A stretch of 64,000 nt of DNA from a bacterium (GTDB lineage: Bacteria; UBP14; UBA6098; B30-G16): NCBI GenBank assembly GCA_030613005.1, contig JAUWMV010000004.1:29211-93210 (forward strand), in the 5' to 3' direction. The notes below the pieces were generated by a model. That model saw only the letters and a program-made list of their open reading frames with translations, ran no database searches and was not told the DNA's origin. The stretch's first letter is position 1. The number at the start of each line of letters is the position of its first letter. A program made the translations under genes and the position numbers. Below, one piece after another: positions 9,559-19,730 of this stretch.

Positions 9559-10115
9559 CTATTTTAACATCTTTTCAGGAATAAGCACTCTTACTGCGAT
9601 AATCTCGCTACTAACAGGTTCAATGAATAGTTTGTGTTTCCAGTTAGGTATATTAATCTTGAGCTTTTCCGCTCGACCCGGAACATCTTTTCTATCTTTA
9701 AAAGTCGATATTTGGGATTTTTCTGTTTCGAAATCATAAAATTTACTCTCGTCGTCTATCGAAATTTTAATTTTGTATTTCAGTTGACCATGATCGTCGT
9801 TTTTGAATAATACTCTTGCGAAAATTTCAATATCAGGGATTCTTATTAAGCTCTATAACCTTAAATTTTTTAATGTCAAATAGGAATGTTGTTGACTTCC
9901 TAACTCCAACTTTGCCACGAACATAGACCTTCACAAAATTTATATCCTCAATGCGAAAATCGATTGCTTCCCCTTTCTCGGAAAACCAATATACATAACT
10001 TCTATCCTTAACATCTATTGTAACCTTTTCTAAATCTTTTGATGGTTTTATTGTGCAGAAAAAAGCAGTGTAGACAATATGTAAAAAAAAAGAGCAATAA
10101 AATTATTCTACGCAT
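9559..10115 (-). pseudogene. frameshifted remnant of a secreted/lipoprotein-like gene
   Basis: Three consecutive minus-strand reading frames carry protein-like sequence. MRRIILLLFFFTYCLHCFF (ATG at 10115) shifts at a T6 run into ...CTIKPSKDLEKVTIDVKDRSYVYWFSEKGEAIDFRIEDINFVKVYVRGKV...NKNP*, then shifts again after CCC TGA into IPDIEIFARVLFKNDDHGQLKYKIKISIDDESKFYDFETEK...KINIPNWKHKLFIEPVSSEIIAVRVLIPEKMLK*. No single intact ORF exists. Confidence 0.3.
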
Positions 10116-10230
10116 AATTCCTCAACTCTTTCTAAGTAAATTGCAATATGCATAATTTATGTTTACTTTGTAATGTATACTATAAGATATTTTTGGTATA
10201 TGAATAATAATTTAGAATTAGGCTTAGGAA

Positions 10231-13167
10231 TTGTTAAATTCAATATTTATAATTTCGCTTCTAATCGCAGGACAAACAGAAACTGGCAAATTCGAATCTG
10301 CCGATACAATCAATTTAGGTGTTTACGTTGTGCCATCGTCGGTGGAAATTTTGTGTAGAGAGGATATTATCCCTAAAAGCATCTATCAAGTTACAGTAGA
10401 AGGATTTATTACTTTTTTCTCCACAATTGAATGTGATTCATTGACAATTAATTACATTCCAGTTTCAAAACTCATTCCAAAAGTTAGGTCCGAACAGACA
10501 TTATTCGGAACTCAATCTTTTGCCCCAAGAGATCCAACCTTAATGGAATCTGAGGATGCTTACATAAGAACAAGTGGTTATGTAACTCGAGGTTTCAAAA
10601 TCAATGAAGCCAACGATGTAATATCAACTGGGGAACTAAGAATTGAAGCATACGGTCAGCTTCCTATGGGATTTGAAGTTAATGCGGTATTATCGGACGA
10701 AGACCTACCATTTCAACCCGAAGGAACATCACAAGAATTGACCGAATTGGATAAAATAATGATCGAGTTAACCTCACCTAGTTTTTCAGCATCTATGGGA
10801 GATATCGACATCGCAATTAGTGCTGGGGATTTCCTAAATTTTTCACGGAAAATAAAGGGGGCTTCAGCCAAAGCTAACCTTCCTTGGATAAATGGGCAGG
10901 TTTTTGGCTCGATTATTAGCGGTGAATTTACTAAATTTGCATTTTATGCTACCGAAGGGAACCAGGGGCCATATCCTCTACAGGGAAAAACTGGCGAACG
11001 AGATATTGTAATTGTTGCAGGTTCCGAGAATGTATGGCTTAACGGCGAGCAAATTAAACGAGGCACTGAAAACGAATATATTATCGATTACAATCTAGCT
11101 CAAGTAACCTTTAATCCCAACACTCCAGTAGGAGCTGGTGACAGAATTTATGTTGAATATCAATATATTGCCAATGTTTATCAAAGCTCCTTTTATGGAG
11201 GATCTGCCAATATCATTGGTATACAAGACATTACATTAGATGTGGGATTTATAACGCTAGCAGATAATGGAGAGGAACCTATTGGCGAAATAACCGATTC
11301 AATTCAAGCAATACTTGAATCCTCAGGAGATAACTTCCCAGATTCTTTAGTCTCACCACCAATGAAACAATGGTCTCTTGTTTCCGGATTAACAATAAAT
11401 AAGAAAAAAAATTCATTAACTGCAAGCCATTCTATGTCTGGAATAGATAAAAACACTTATTCGTCCTTAGATGATCATGACAATCTTGGGCAGGCTTTTT
11501 CTGCTGCCGGAACGTTAGGTATAACAAACATCGTTAGATTTTTCGCATCTACTCGATATATGGACAGCAAATTCAATTCTTTTCAACCGATTGAAACCGC
11601 TGAAGAAAAAAGAAACTGGGGAGTTTATAACAATGAAAATCAAGAAGATTTAATAACATCGGCAGGAATTAGAATAACTTTTGGAAAATTAATTTCCACA
11701 GTCAATTTAGGTTACAGGAAAACAGGAGATGAAACCTGCCAACGAGAACGACTTAGGTTATTGTTAGACGAGGACGGTTTTGATATTAATGCTGGAATAC
11801 AGAACATTCGTTTTGGAGATGAGCAACGATTAAATAGCGATTTAAAACTTTCTCGCGAAATTGGCGAAATAACGAAGCTTTCCTTTTCCGGGGATATGGA
11901 GTTATTCGAAGGCTCATCTGACTCACTTGTTTACAATTTTAAACCGGAATTAGGAATAAATGTTCTGGATGGCAATCTCGGTTTTTCTTTCCAAATCGAA
12001 GAAAAGCAAGCTCGTCCTGAAAAGAATTTTGAGCGTCTATATTCAATTCTCTCCCCTGGTGTGGGATTTTCGGGACGTTCCTTTTCAGCCAATTGGTATC
12101 GAAGAATGTATAGATCTTATGATACGCTTGCCGGCAGTGATTTAACAACCGACCTTTTCCAAGTTTCAGCATACACAAATATTTTGGGCACAAAAACGAG
12201 TTTTAATTACTCAGTAACCGGCAGTCAAAGCGAAATTATGGAGAAAAAATTCGAGGAGGTTAAAATCGGCACAGGAAATTATAGCTACGATGAAGAACTC
12301 GATGAATATGTTCCGGATCCAAATGGAGATTATATTCTAAAATATGAACCTACAGGAAGTTTTGATCAAGTACTTCGGAGCAATGGAAGACTTACAGTTG
12401 CTGCCGAGAATGAGAAAATTGCTCTCGGTTCAGCTTTTTCAATCACCTCATCTTTTGAAATTGAAAATAAAGATCGAAGCTTCTCTGGGATTTTACCTAT
12501 TCCATCAACGTTTGAGAGCGATTCACTTTGCTATGGCAATCTTTATACAACGATTCAACTCAATACACTCCGCAGAAGTAAGATCAATTTAAATAGTACT
12601 TACCAAAATATACGTATTACACGACGTAATCTCATATCGGGTGATGAAATATATAACGAAAATGAATTCAGGCTAAGTTTGGCAGGAGTAGTCTACCAAA
12701 GCATATTCTCCGAATTATCTGGAATCTATAACATAAAATCTTCAACACGTCCAGGTTTAGAGGATAAGCTTAATTCCCATAACTATTCAACAGAACTTGC
12801 ACTCAGCCGAAAATTCCTTCGATATATGCAAATTGGGAATAACATAATATTGACGGCATCTAAGGGTAAATCAGGTACAACGGATATCGATGCGTTTATA
12901 TTCAGGAATACTTTTGTCTTGCAGTGGCGCTACAAAAAATTTAGAACAAGGTTACGCTCCGAACAGATAAATGTGGATTCAAAGCAAGAAGCCTTACCTT
13001 ATGAAATTTCCGGAGGTTGGCCTAACGGTTTCAATTACAGTTTTTCCTCGAGTATCACATATAAATTCGGCTCAAATATCGATTTGACACTAAGTGGCAG
13101 AGGAACTAAAAAATCGGAAAAAGATTTAGATTATGACATCGAGCTTAGAGCCCGATTTCTATTCTAA
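10231..13167 (+). CDS. large outer-membrane beta-barrel-like protein (C-terminal Phe)
   Basis: 978 aa with a short N-terminal signal (MLNSIFIISLLIAGQ). Long stretches of alternating hydrophobic residues typical of beta strands. C-terminus ...RARFLF ends in an aromatic residue, as outer-membrane beta-barrels do. Confidence 0.5.
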   Translation: MLNSIFIISLLIAGQTETGKFESADTINLGVYVVPSSVEILCREDIIPKSIYQVTVEGFITFFSTIECDSLTINYIPVSKLIPKVRSEQTLFGTQSFAPRDPTLMESEDAYIRTSGYVTRGFKINEANDVISTGELRIEAYGQLPMGFEVNAVLSDEDLPFQPEGTSQELTELDKIMIELTSPSFSASMGDIDIAISAGDFLNFSRKIKGASAKANLPWINGQVFGSIISGEFTKFAFYATEGNQGPYPLQGKTGERDIVIVAGSENVWLNGEQIKRGTENEYIIDYNLAQVTFNPNTPVGAGDRIYVEYQYIANVYQSSFYGGSANIIGIQDITLDVGFITLADNGEEPIGEITDSIQAILESSGDNFPDSLVSPPMKQWSLVSGLTINKKKNSLTASHSMSGIDKNTYSSLDDHDNLGQAFSAAGTLGITNIVRFFASTRYMDSKFNSFQPIETAEEKRNWGVYNNENQEDLITSAGIRITFGKLISTVNLGYRKTGDETCQRERLRLLLDEDGFDINAGIQNIRFGDEQRLNSDLKLSREIGEITKLSFSGDMELFEGSSDSLVYNFKPELGINVLDGNLGFSFQIEEKQARPEKNFERLYSILSPGVGFSGRSFSANWYRRMYRSYDTLAGSDLTTDLFQVSAYTNILGTKTSFNYSVTGSQSEIMEKKFEEVKIGTGNYSYDEELDEYVPDPNGDYILKYEPTGSFDQVLRSNGRLTVAAENEKIALGSAFSITSSFEIENKDRSFSGILPIPSTFESDSLCYGNLYTTIQLNTLRRSKINLNSTYQNIRITRRNLISGDEIYNENEFRLSLAGVVYQSIFSELSGIYNIKSSTRPGLEDKLNSHNYSTELALSRKFLRYMQIGNNIILTASKGKSGTTDIDAFIFRNTFVLQWRYKKFRTRLRSEQINVDSKQEALPYEISGGWPNGFNYSFSSSITYKFGSNIDLTLSGRGTKKSEKDLDYDIELRARFLF

Positions 13168-13223
13168 AATTCGCTTATCGTAAGTATAAATTCATTAGAA
13201 TAATCACAAACTCTTCCAAATCA

Positions 13224-13252
13224 TAAAAAAAGCGACCTTTTAAGTCGCTTTC
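13224..13252 (-). terminator. Rho-independent terminator
   Basis: AAAGCGAC-cttttaa-GTCGCTTT hairpin. On the minus strand it is followed by a run of seven T, immediately downstream of the 13300..14253 gene. Confidence 0.5.
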
Positions 13253-13299
13253 TAAATTTAACAACAAAACGAATACTAAATATTTTCCATTTAGACAGG

Positions 13300-14253
13300 T
13301 TATCTAATAAGAGTCATTTTCTTCTTATCAACGAAATCTTCGCTAACTGTTAGTTTATAGAAATATACACCCGATGGAACATCAATATGGTTATCATCAG
13401 TGCTGTCCCATATTATTTTATAGCTACCAGCATGTTTGAAACCCTCGAAAAGCAGTTTTACTCTCCTCCCAATAAGATCTGTTATCTCCATTTTTATTAT
13501 AGCCTCTTTTGGCAATTCATATTCAATCTCTGTAGAAGCATTAAACGGATTTGGATTATTCTGACCTAAATAAGGTTCCTTTGGTCTTGGAATTTTATCC
13601 TTAGGATTTTGAACAATGCGGGGATCAGATAAAGTATCTATTAGTACAACATACCAATTAGTAGTTGCACCAGGCTTAGTACTGAAAGTAGAGTCATAAT
13701 AATAATTAAAAGAACTTGATGAACCAGTTCTCGTTACATAAGCTTTAAACGTCGAGTCAATATTTCTGATACTAACAAAGAAAGAATCGCCAGTTGCTGG
13801 AGAAAGAGTAGAACTGTCCTCATCTAAAATATTTGCAAAACTACTGACCCAGATATGACGCTTTTTCCCATCCGGACAAAGGAACTTCTTGGTTATCTTA
13901 TCCCAGCCACTTGTAGACTTTCGATGAATCAATGAGGTTTTGAAGCTGTCAGAGGAGTCCTTCATCCAAAAATGTAAGATAAACCCGTTCCATGTAGTAT
14001 CATTACTAGTTGTTCCCACCCAACTTGAAAGAGAGGTATCGGTATAGCATATAGGAACCATCGATGTCCCATGCCTCTGACCCATACAAAACAGAATATT
14101 CAATGCATAAAATTGAATATCCAATGTATTATTGACTTCAAACCTTTGTCCTATTGTCCCACTGATAACTGGATCAACCGGTTCAGCAAAAATACCATTG
14201 AACAATACGAAACAAAAACTGAGAAAAATTACAACCCAGGTAAAATTCCTCAT
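13300..14253 (-). CDS. secreted protein with type IX secretion C-terminal sorting domain
   Basis: Signal peptide MRNFTWVVIFLSFCFVLFNG. C-terminal roughly 85 aa: NPNPFNASTEIEYELP...VPSGVYFYKLTVSEDFVDKKKMTLIR matches the Por_Secre_tail pattern. Confidence 0.65.
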   Translation of the reverse strand: MRNFTWVVIFLSFCFVLFNGIFAEPVDPVISGTIGQRFEVNNTLDIQFYALNILFCMGQRHGTSMVPICYTDTSLSSWVGTTSNDTTWNGFILHFWMKDSSDSFKTSLIHRKSTSGWDKITKKFLCPDGKKRHIWVSSFANILDEDSSTLSPATGDSFFVSIRNIDSTFKAYVTRTGSSSSFNYYYDSTFSTKPGATTNWYVVLIDTLSDPRIVQNPKDKIPRPKEPYLGQNNPNPFNASTEIEYELPKEAIIKMEITDLIGRRVKLLFEGFKHAGSYKIIWDSTDDNHIDVPSGVYFYKLTVSEDFVDKKKMTLIR

Positions 14254-14534
14254 TTCTAATCCTCCTTGGAAATTCTATTATTTTAAGATATTATTCATCT
14301 ACATTTATGCAACAAAAAAACTACTAACTTAAAAAATAGTTAAACTAAGCTAAATAATACTATGATGTATAATCAAATACAACAGAAAATTTAATAATAT
14401 TATTTCAATAACAAACTTATTCTATTAATTGCAAAGATAATACAATTTTCAAGAAAAACAATAATATTATTTCATTAAATTTCGCTATCCTGCTCAGCAC
14501 ATATAGATTAATACAAATTTAACCCTCGATGGGT

Positions 14535-14574
14535 TTTAAAAGAAAACTCCAGGTCGCTTTTCACAACCTGGAGC
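14535..14574 (-). terminator. Rho-independent terminator
   Basis: CTCCAGGT-(11-nt loop)-ACCTGGAG hairpin followed on the minus strand by TTTTCTTTT, downstream of the 14671..15705 gene. Confidence 0.5.
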
Positions 14575-14670
14575 CAAAAGCTAATTTATATTCCTTCTAT
14601 TATAACACTGTCTTTGAATTTCGTTCAAGCATGTAAAAATCTAAATTAATAAATATCCGTTTCTACCCTA

Positions 14671-15705
14671 TTACTTTATAAGTGTCATTTTCCTCTTGTC
14701 ATAAAATTGATTATCCACAATAAGTTTATAGTAATATATGCCTGAAGGAACTTCAATGCCGTAATCGTCTGTTCCATCCCATATAGCGCTGTGTGTCCCG
14801 ACCTTTCGAGTATCATTAATTAGAATTCTAACTCTGTGACCGACAACATCAGTAATTTCTATTTCAACATTTCCTGCATAAGGAAGATTAAAGACAATTT
14901 CTGTGCTTGTATTAAATGGGTTAGGATTATTCTGCGAAAGAACAGGAGTATTCGGAGTGCGGGTTCTATCGCGTGGAGTCTCGATAATCTCGGTTGGGAC
15001 ATCTGAATCTCGACCTGGATCTTCTTTATCAATTAGAATTACTCTCCAGTCATAAGATGAACTAGAAACTGACTCAATTCTTTTAGAATAATAATATATT
15101 TCTTTCGACGTATCAGGCCATGTAATCATTCTATCAAATCCCCAAGTTGTATCTGGAGTCTCTGTAAGAGCAATTCGAGTGAAAATCGAATCACCTGTGG
15201 CAAGTGGCTTAGCTATAACATCACCGAAATTAATATTGGCCAATGGGATATACCACATATTGACAATGATTGAATCCGCACCACCACCAACATCAGTCGT
15301 ACATTTGCTACACTTAAAGAGCGACGTAAATCCAGTAGTATTACAATAATAAGTATCGGATGATGCCCATGAATCGGAAGAATCCAAAGCCCAAATCTTA
15401 AATACAAACCCATACCACAGCGTATCATCCACTGTATCTGTATCTGAAGACCAACATGTCAAAGAGCAATCGTCAAAGTTCCATCCATCGCATTCATCAC
15501 AATAAGTGTAATAATCGCCTGATGCTGAATCAATATAACCTAATGCGAAATATATCAACAAATTACCTGTTAGAGATAAAGTATAGGGTGTATATTCTGG
15601 AAGAGAAATATCACCTTTATCAAAAATACTGGTTTCTTCGGTTGTTGCGATATTTACGGATAAAACCATTATCGACAAAAGAGCTATATAAAAAGTTTTT
15701 CTCAC
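14671..15705 (-). CDS. secreted protein with type IX secretion C-terminal sorting domain (paralog of 13300..14253)
   Basis: Signal peptide MRKTFYIALLSIMVLSVNIA. Shares WALDSSDSW and NPNPFNTSTEI motifs with the neighbouring gene. C-terminus VPSGIYYYKLIVDNQFYDKRKMTLIK. Confidence 0.65.
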   Translation of the reverse strand: MRKTFYIALLSIMVLSVNIATTEETSIFDKGDISLPEYTPYTLSLTGNLLIYFALGYIDSASGDYYTYCDECDGWNFDDCSLTCWSSDTDTVDDTLWYGFVFKIWALDSSDSWASSDTYYCNTTGFTSLFKCSKCTTDVGGGADSIIVNMWYIPLANINFGDVIAKPLATGDSIFTRIALTETPDTTWGFDRMITWPDTSKEIYYYSKRIESVSSSSYDWRVILIDKEDPGRDSDVPTEIIETPRDRTRTPNTPVLSQNNPNPFNTSTEIVFNLPYAGNVEIEITDVVGHRVRILINDTRKVGTHSAIWDGTDDYGIEVPSGIYYYKLIVDNQFYDKRKMTLIK

Positions 15706-15814
15706 ATTTACCTCCTACTTTATAATATTGATATAAATTTTCAATTCTTAGTTTACACTTCTATTTGCATTTTCACAAAGAAAGCAAGAAGTTGGCCTAA
15801 TATTTTACTCAAGA

Positions 15815-17080
15815 TTAAGGACAAGTAGGCCAATATCCACCAGAACCTGCCATAAGAAGCAGAAGAACCTCACCAGGTCTAACGAACTCAGGAGGTGATG
15901 TTACATACCAGTCACCGAATAATTTCACAGCAAGAGCAGTAATAGTTGGTGGATAAGGATTCCATCTGTACAAAACCTCACCGTCAATTCCAGATTTACT
16001 ATCGACACTTTCAGCCAATTTATCAGCTCTAAGTGGATAATCACCATAAATATTCGCTAAAGTATTGTACTCCTGATAAGGAACCATGAAGAAAACGTAA
16101 CCAGCTGGATCACTAGATTTCTTTTCGAATTTATAACAAGTATCAACAGGAACAAAACCTCTTGGTTCATAACCAAGATCATCATTCGCATCGTAACCGA
16201 GAGTAAACAAATATTCATCGCCTGCTGTTAAAGAATCTAAAAGAGTTAATGTCATTATATCTCCAGGTCTAACATAAACTGTTGGCGCTGAAGGACTATA
16301 AATCCATACACCGAACAGTTTAAAACAAATAAGCTCCCAAGTTTGCGTTGAGGAATTAAATTTAGTTAAGCCTTCACAACCGGGTATCAAATCCGCAAAA
16401 ACATGCGCTGAATCACCATGTAGTTCCAACTCATGGCATCGAAGAGGTAGAGTAATATGATTTGTTGCACCACCAATAATAACTTGATCGTATTCACCAA
16501 TAGGATCACTTGGTTTTTCAGAGAGATTTCCGAACGTATCCATAGCAACAACAGTGTAGAAATAATTGACATCGGGGTCATTCACACCTCTGCTGCTATT
16601 ATATAGATTAGTATCCGCAAAAATATCAGTCGTTATATTTGGCCCAGACCAATTGTAATCACCCAAATCGGAGGAATCAGCTTCCTCTATTGGGTCTATC
16701 ATAATAGCTGAATCACCATCGCCGAACATATCTATATCATCCCAGTTGAAAAGAGCCCATGGAGCTCTATACACAAACCATGTTTGATTTCGATCTTCCG
16801 GTCCATCCCCATTTGCCTTGATCTCAACAGTTTCATCACCACTTTCAACAGAAACCGACTTAATATAGATTATTGGAGCCGGTGGTCCTGGGGGTTGTCG
16901 TAATGTTAAAAATATAAAAATATTAGCTGCAGTATCTACAAAAACTTCAGTGGGTTCTGTGGGAACACCTTCTCCTTTAGATGAAGTATCATTATCTTTA
17001 CCGGAACCTGAAACTCCAAAAGTAGCTCCGACAAGAGCTAATATTAATACAGCCATTGCCCACTTACGCATGTAAGTCAC
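15815..17080 (-). CDS. secreted hypothetical protein with an internally duplicated C-terminal module
   Basis: Signal peptide MTYMRKWAMAVLILALVGATFG. Two related segments, ...ELICFKLFGVWIYSPSAPTVYVRPGDIMTLTLL and ...ALAVKLFGDWYVTSPPEFVRPGEVLLLLMAG. Confidence 0.5.
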   Translation of the reverse strand: MTYMRKWAMAVLILALVGATFGVSGSGKDNDTSSKGEGVPTEPTEVFVDTAANIFIFLTLRQPPGPPAPIIYIKSVSVESGDETVEIKANGDGPEDRNQTWFVYRAPWALFNWDDIDMFGDGDSAIMIDPIEEADSSDLGDYNWSGPNITTDIFADTNLYNSSRGVNDPDVNYFYTVVAMDTFGNLSEKPSDPIGEYDQVIIGGATNHITLPLRCHELELHGDSAHVFADLIPGCEGLTKFNSSTQTWELICFKLFGVWIYSPSAPTVYVRPGDIMTLTLLDSLTAGDEYLFTLGYDANDDLGYEPRGFVPVDTCYKFEKKSSDPAGYVFFMVPYQEYNTLANIYGDYPLRADKLAESVDSKSGIDGEVLYRWNPYPPTITALAVKLFGDWYVTSPPEFVRPGEVLLLLMAGSGGYWPTCP

Positions 17081-17153
17081 CTCCTATATTCGACATTATT
17101 CACCATTAATTTAGCTAAAAATACTATCCTTCACTACTTAGTCAAGAATTATT

Positions 17154-19634
17154 TTACGAAGCATGCTCAGTTTCTATTATTTCGAAATCATCTCCCTTCG
17201 ATTTATCTTCAGTTTCGCCGATTTCTTTTACGATTGAAAACTCCAAAGAATCGTTAGTTTCATTAACATCAACTTTGATAATATGGTTCCAGGGCAAGTC
17301 ACCGTTTAAAAGCTTCTCGGATAAAGGATTTTCAATGTAATTCTGAATCGCCTTTTTTAAAGGTCTAGCGCCCATTTTCGGTTCATAGCCCCTTTGAGCA
17401 ATCCACGATCGGGTTTCCTTTGTCAGTTTTATTTCAAGTCCTTTGTGTTCGATGCGTTCATTAATTTCTAACACTTGAAGATCCACTATTTTCTCAATAC
17501 TCTCCATAGAAAGTGCTCTAAACACAATTATCTGATCAATTCGGTTTAGAAGTTCCGGTCTAAGAGACTTATTCAAATCTCGCATAAGCATATTCTTAAT
17601 ATCTTTATGCTCCATCATGGAATCACCACCGTCGAAGCCAAGTCTGGACGCTACAATTTGTTCGGTGCCTATATTCGATGTCATAATAATTATTGTATTC
17701 CTGAAATTAATCTTTCTACCAAAACTATCCGTCAAAAAACCTTCATCCAAAATTTGAAGCAGCAAATTGAAAACTTCCGAATGAGCCTTTTCTATCTCAT
17801 CAAATAGGACAACAGAATATGGTTTTCTTCTCACTAATTCCGCCAAACTACCACCTTCTTCATAGCCAACATAACCTGGGGGTGCTCCTATTAGCCTCGA
17901 TACAGAAAACTTTTCCATGTATTCCGACATGTCAATTCTAACAAGAGAATCTGTTGTTCCGAAAAGAAACCTAGATAGAACTTTAGCTAATTCGGTTTTA
18001 CCGACACCAGTAGGTCCAAGGAACAGAAAACTTCCCACAGGTCTATTTGGGTCTCCCAAACCTGCACGAGATCTTCTAATAGAATTACCCAACGCCTCAA
18101 TAGCCTTTTCCTGTCCTAAAACTTTCTTAGACAGTTGCTCTTCAAGATTTAGCAACCGAGTTTGATCCTCCCGATTCAATTCATGAACCGGTACTCCTGT
18201 CATACGACTGCAAACTCTTGCAATGTGTTCAGCAGTCAAATTTGGTCGATGCTTGTCCCGAGATTTCTGCCACTCCCTTTGTTCTTCTGACAATTTCTTA
18301 TGTAAAAACCTAATCTCATCCCTTATAGATGCAGCTCTTTCAAAATCTTGTTCTGCAATGGTTATTTGCTTTTGCTTTTCCTTCAGCGAAATTTTAGCTT
18401 CCAAGGTCATAAGATATCTGGGCTTAACATAAGTTGATAAATTAAGCATAGCACCAGCTTCATCGATGAGATCAATTGCTTTATCGGGTTGTTGTCGATC
18501 TTGAATAAACCTATCGGAAAGCCTAACAGCAGATTCAATTGCTTCGTCGGATATTCTAACCTTATGATGGTCTTCATAATACGACCTTAATCCTTGGAGA
18601 ATGCTTATTGTTTCGTTATATGTGGGTGGATTAATGTATATAGTCTGGAATCTTCTTTCAAGAGCTCCATCTTTTTCGATGTGTTTTCTGTATTCCTCGG
18701 TGGTTGTTGCGCCAATAACTTGCAGTTCACCCGATGCTAACATAGGCTTTAGAATATTAGATGCATCCAGTGCACCCTCTGCGCCACCAGCACCAACAAT
18801 TGTGTGTAGTTCATCGATAAACAAAACAATATTACCATCGTTAATTATTTCATCGATGACAGACTTTATTCTTTCCTCAAATTGGCCACGATACTTGGTA
18901 CCAGCGACCATAGCAGCAAGGTCGAGAGAAACAACACGCTTATTTTGCAAAAGATAAGGAACCTCTTTGTTAACTATTTTCTGAGCTAAACCCTCAACAA
19001 TTGCTGTTTTCCCAACGCCCGGTTCACCAATTAATACTGGATTATTTTTCTTTCTTCTGCAAAGCACCTGAGCCACTCTTTCAATCTCATGAAACCTACC
19101 AATAACTGGGTCAAGCTTATTGTCATGTGCTTGTGTTGTAATATCTCTTGAAAAACTGTCCAGTGCCTGAGTTTTATTTTGTCCTCCTCTTCTTTTTTGT
19201 TGCTGTGTAGTCCGCAAAGAAAGAAGAATCTTATATGCATCCCTATATGCGAGATTAAATCTTTTAAATATTTGAGCAATAGGAGTACTTGGATCTTTCA
19301 AAAGAGCTAATAGTAAATGTTCAGAGCCAACACGCGGAGAACCTGTATTTCTAGCCTCAGCTGCACCAAGATCGAGAATTTTTTGGGCACGGGAAGTCAT
19401 AACAATATTACCCACAAAGAAGTTCTCACCACCCATTTCTACCGAGTCTTCTAAAATTCTTCGAATATCTTCAGAATTAATATCTCTCTGAATCATTATA
19501 TCAATAGCGATATTATTACCGTGGTTTAGGATAGCGAGCATAATATGATCAGGAACAATATAACTATGTCCCAATCTTGCAGCTTCTTCCCTTGCCAATT
19601 CTAAGACTTTTCTATAGTTCTCTGAATAAATCAT
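17154..19634 (-). CDS. clpC: ATP-dependent Clp protease ATP-binding subunit ClpC (class III AAA+ chaperone)
   Basis: Clp N-domain repeats, two Walker A sites (GEPGVGKTAIVEGLAQ and GPTGVGKTELAK) and a UVR-like linker. Start uncertain: GTG 19676, ATG 19664 or ATG 19634. I chose 19634 because MIYSENYRKVLELAREEA aligns with ClpC N-termini. Confidence 0.85.
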   Translation of the reverse strand: MIYSENYRKVLELAREEAARLGHSYIVPDHIMLAILNHGNNIAIDIMIQRDINSEDIRRILEDSVEMGGENFFVGNIVMTSRAQKILDLGAAEARNTGSPRVGSEHLLLALLKDPSTPIAQIFKRFNLAYRDAYKILLSLRTTQQQKRRGGQNKTQALDSFSRDITTQAHDNKLDPVIGRFHEIERVAQVLCRRKKNNPVLIGEPGVGKTAIVEGLAQKIVNKEVPYLLQNKRVVSLDLAAMVAGTKYRGQFEERIKSVIDEIINDGNIVLFIDELHTIVGAGGAEGALDASNILKPMLASGELQVIGATTTEEYRKHIEKDGALERRFQTIYINPPTYNETISILQGLRSYYEDHHKVRISDEAIESAVRLSDRFIQDRQQPDKAIDLIDEAGAMLNLSTYVKPRYLMTLEAKISLKEKQKQITIAEQDFERAASIRDEIRFLHKKLSEEQREWQKSRDKHRPNLTAEHIARVCSRMTGVPVHELNREDQTRLLNLEEQLSKKVLGQEKAIEALGNSIRRSRAGLGDPNRPVGSFLFLGPTGVGKTELAKVLSRFLFGTTDSLVRIDMSEYMEKFSVSRLIGAPPGYVGYEEGGSLAELVRRKPYSVVLFDEIEKAHSEVFNLLLQILDEGFLTDSFGRKINFRNTIIIMTSNIGTEQIVASRLGFDGGDSMMEHKDIKNMLMRDLNKSLRPELLNRIDQIIVFRALSMESIEKIVDLQVLEINERIEHKGLEIKLTKETRSWIAQRGYEPKMGARPLKKAIQNYIENPLSEKLLNGDLPWNHIIKVDVNETNDSLEFSIVKEIGETEDKSKGDDFEIIETEHAS

Positions 19635-19730
19635 AATTTCATAAACCACCTTACAAACTTCCATACCTACCTTCACTTAAAAAATAGGCAACGAGTTTTT
19701 TAATTCAAGTAAAACTTTTACATAATCCGT

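Noticed and set aside
9780-9870. Programmed +1 ribosomal frameshift (prfB-like CCC UGA site) in the 9559-10115 remnant
   Set aside because: There is no Shine-Dalgarno-like stimulator 3 nt upstream of the shift site. A second, independent frame break at a T6 run is also needed to reach the ATG. The product is not RF2-like. A pseudogene or sequencing error is more parsimonious.
10173-10358. 61-aa ORF as an alternative N-terminus of the 978-aa outer-membrane protein
   Set aside because: It is in a different frame from the long ORF. The 10231 ATG already supplies a signal-peptide-like start.
14254-14670. 15-nt direct repeat (AATAATATTATTTCA) occurring twice in the long AT-rich spacer
   Set aside because: There are only two copies, with no regular spacing or partner structure. 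It is most likely low-complexity AT-rich sequence and not a CRISPR array or a binding-site array.
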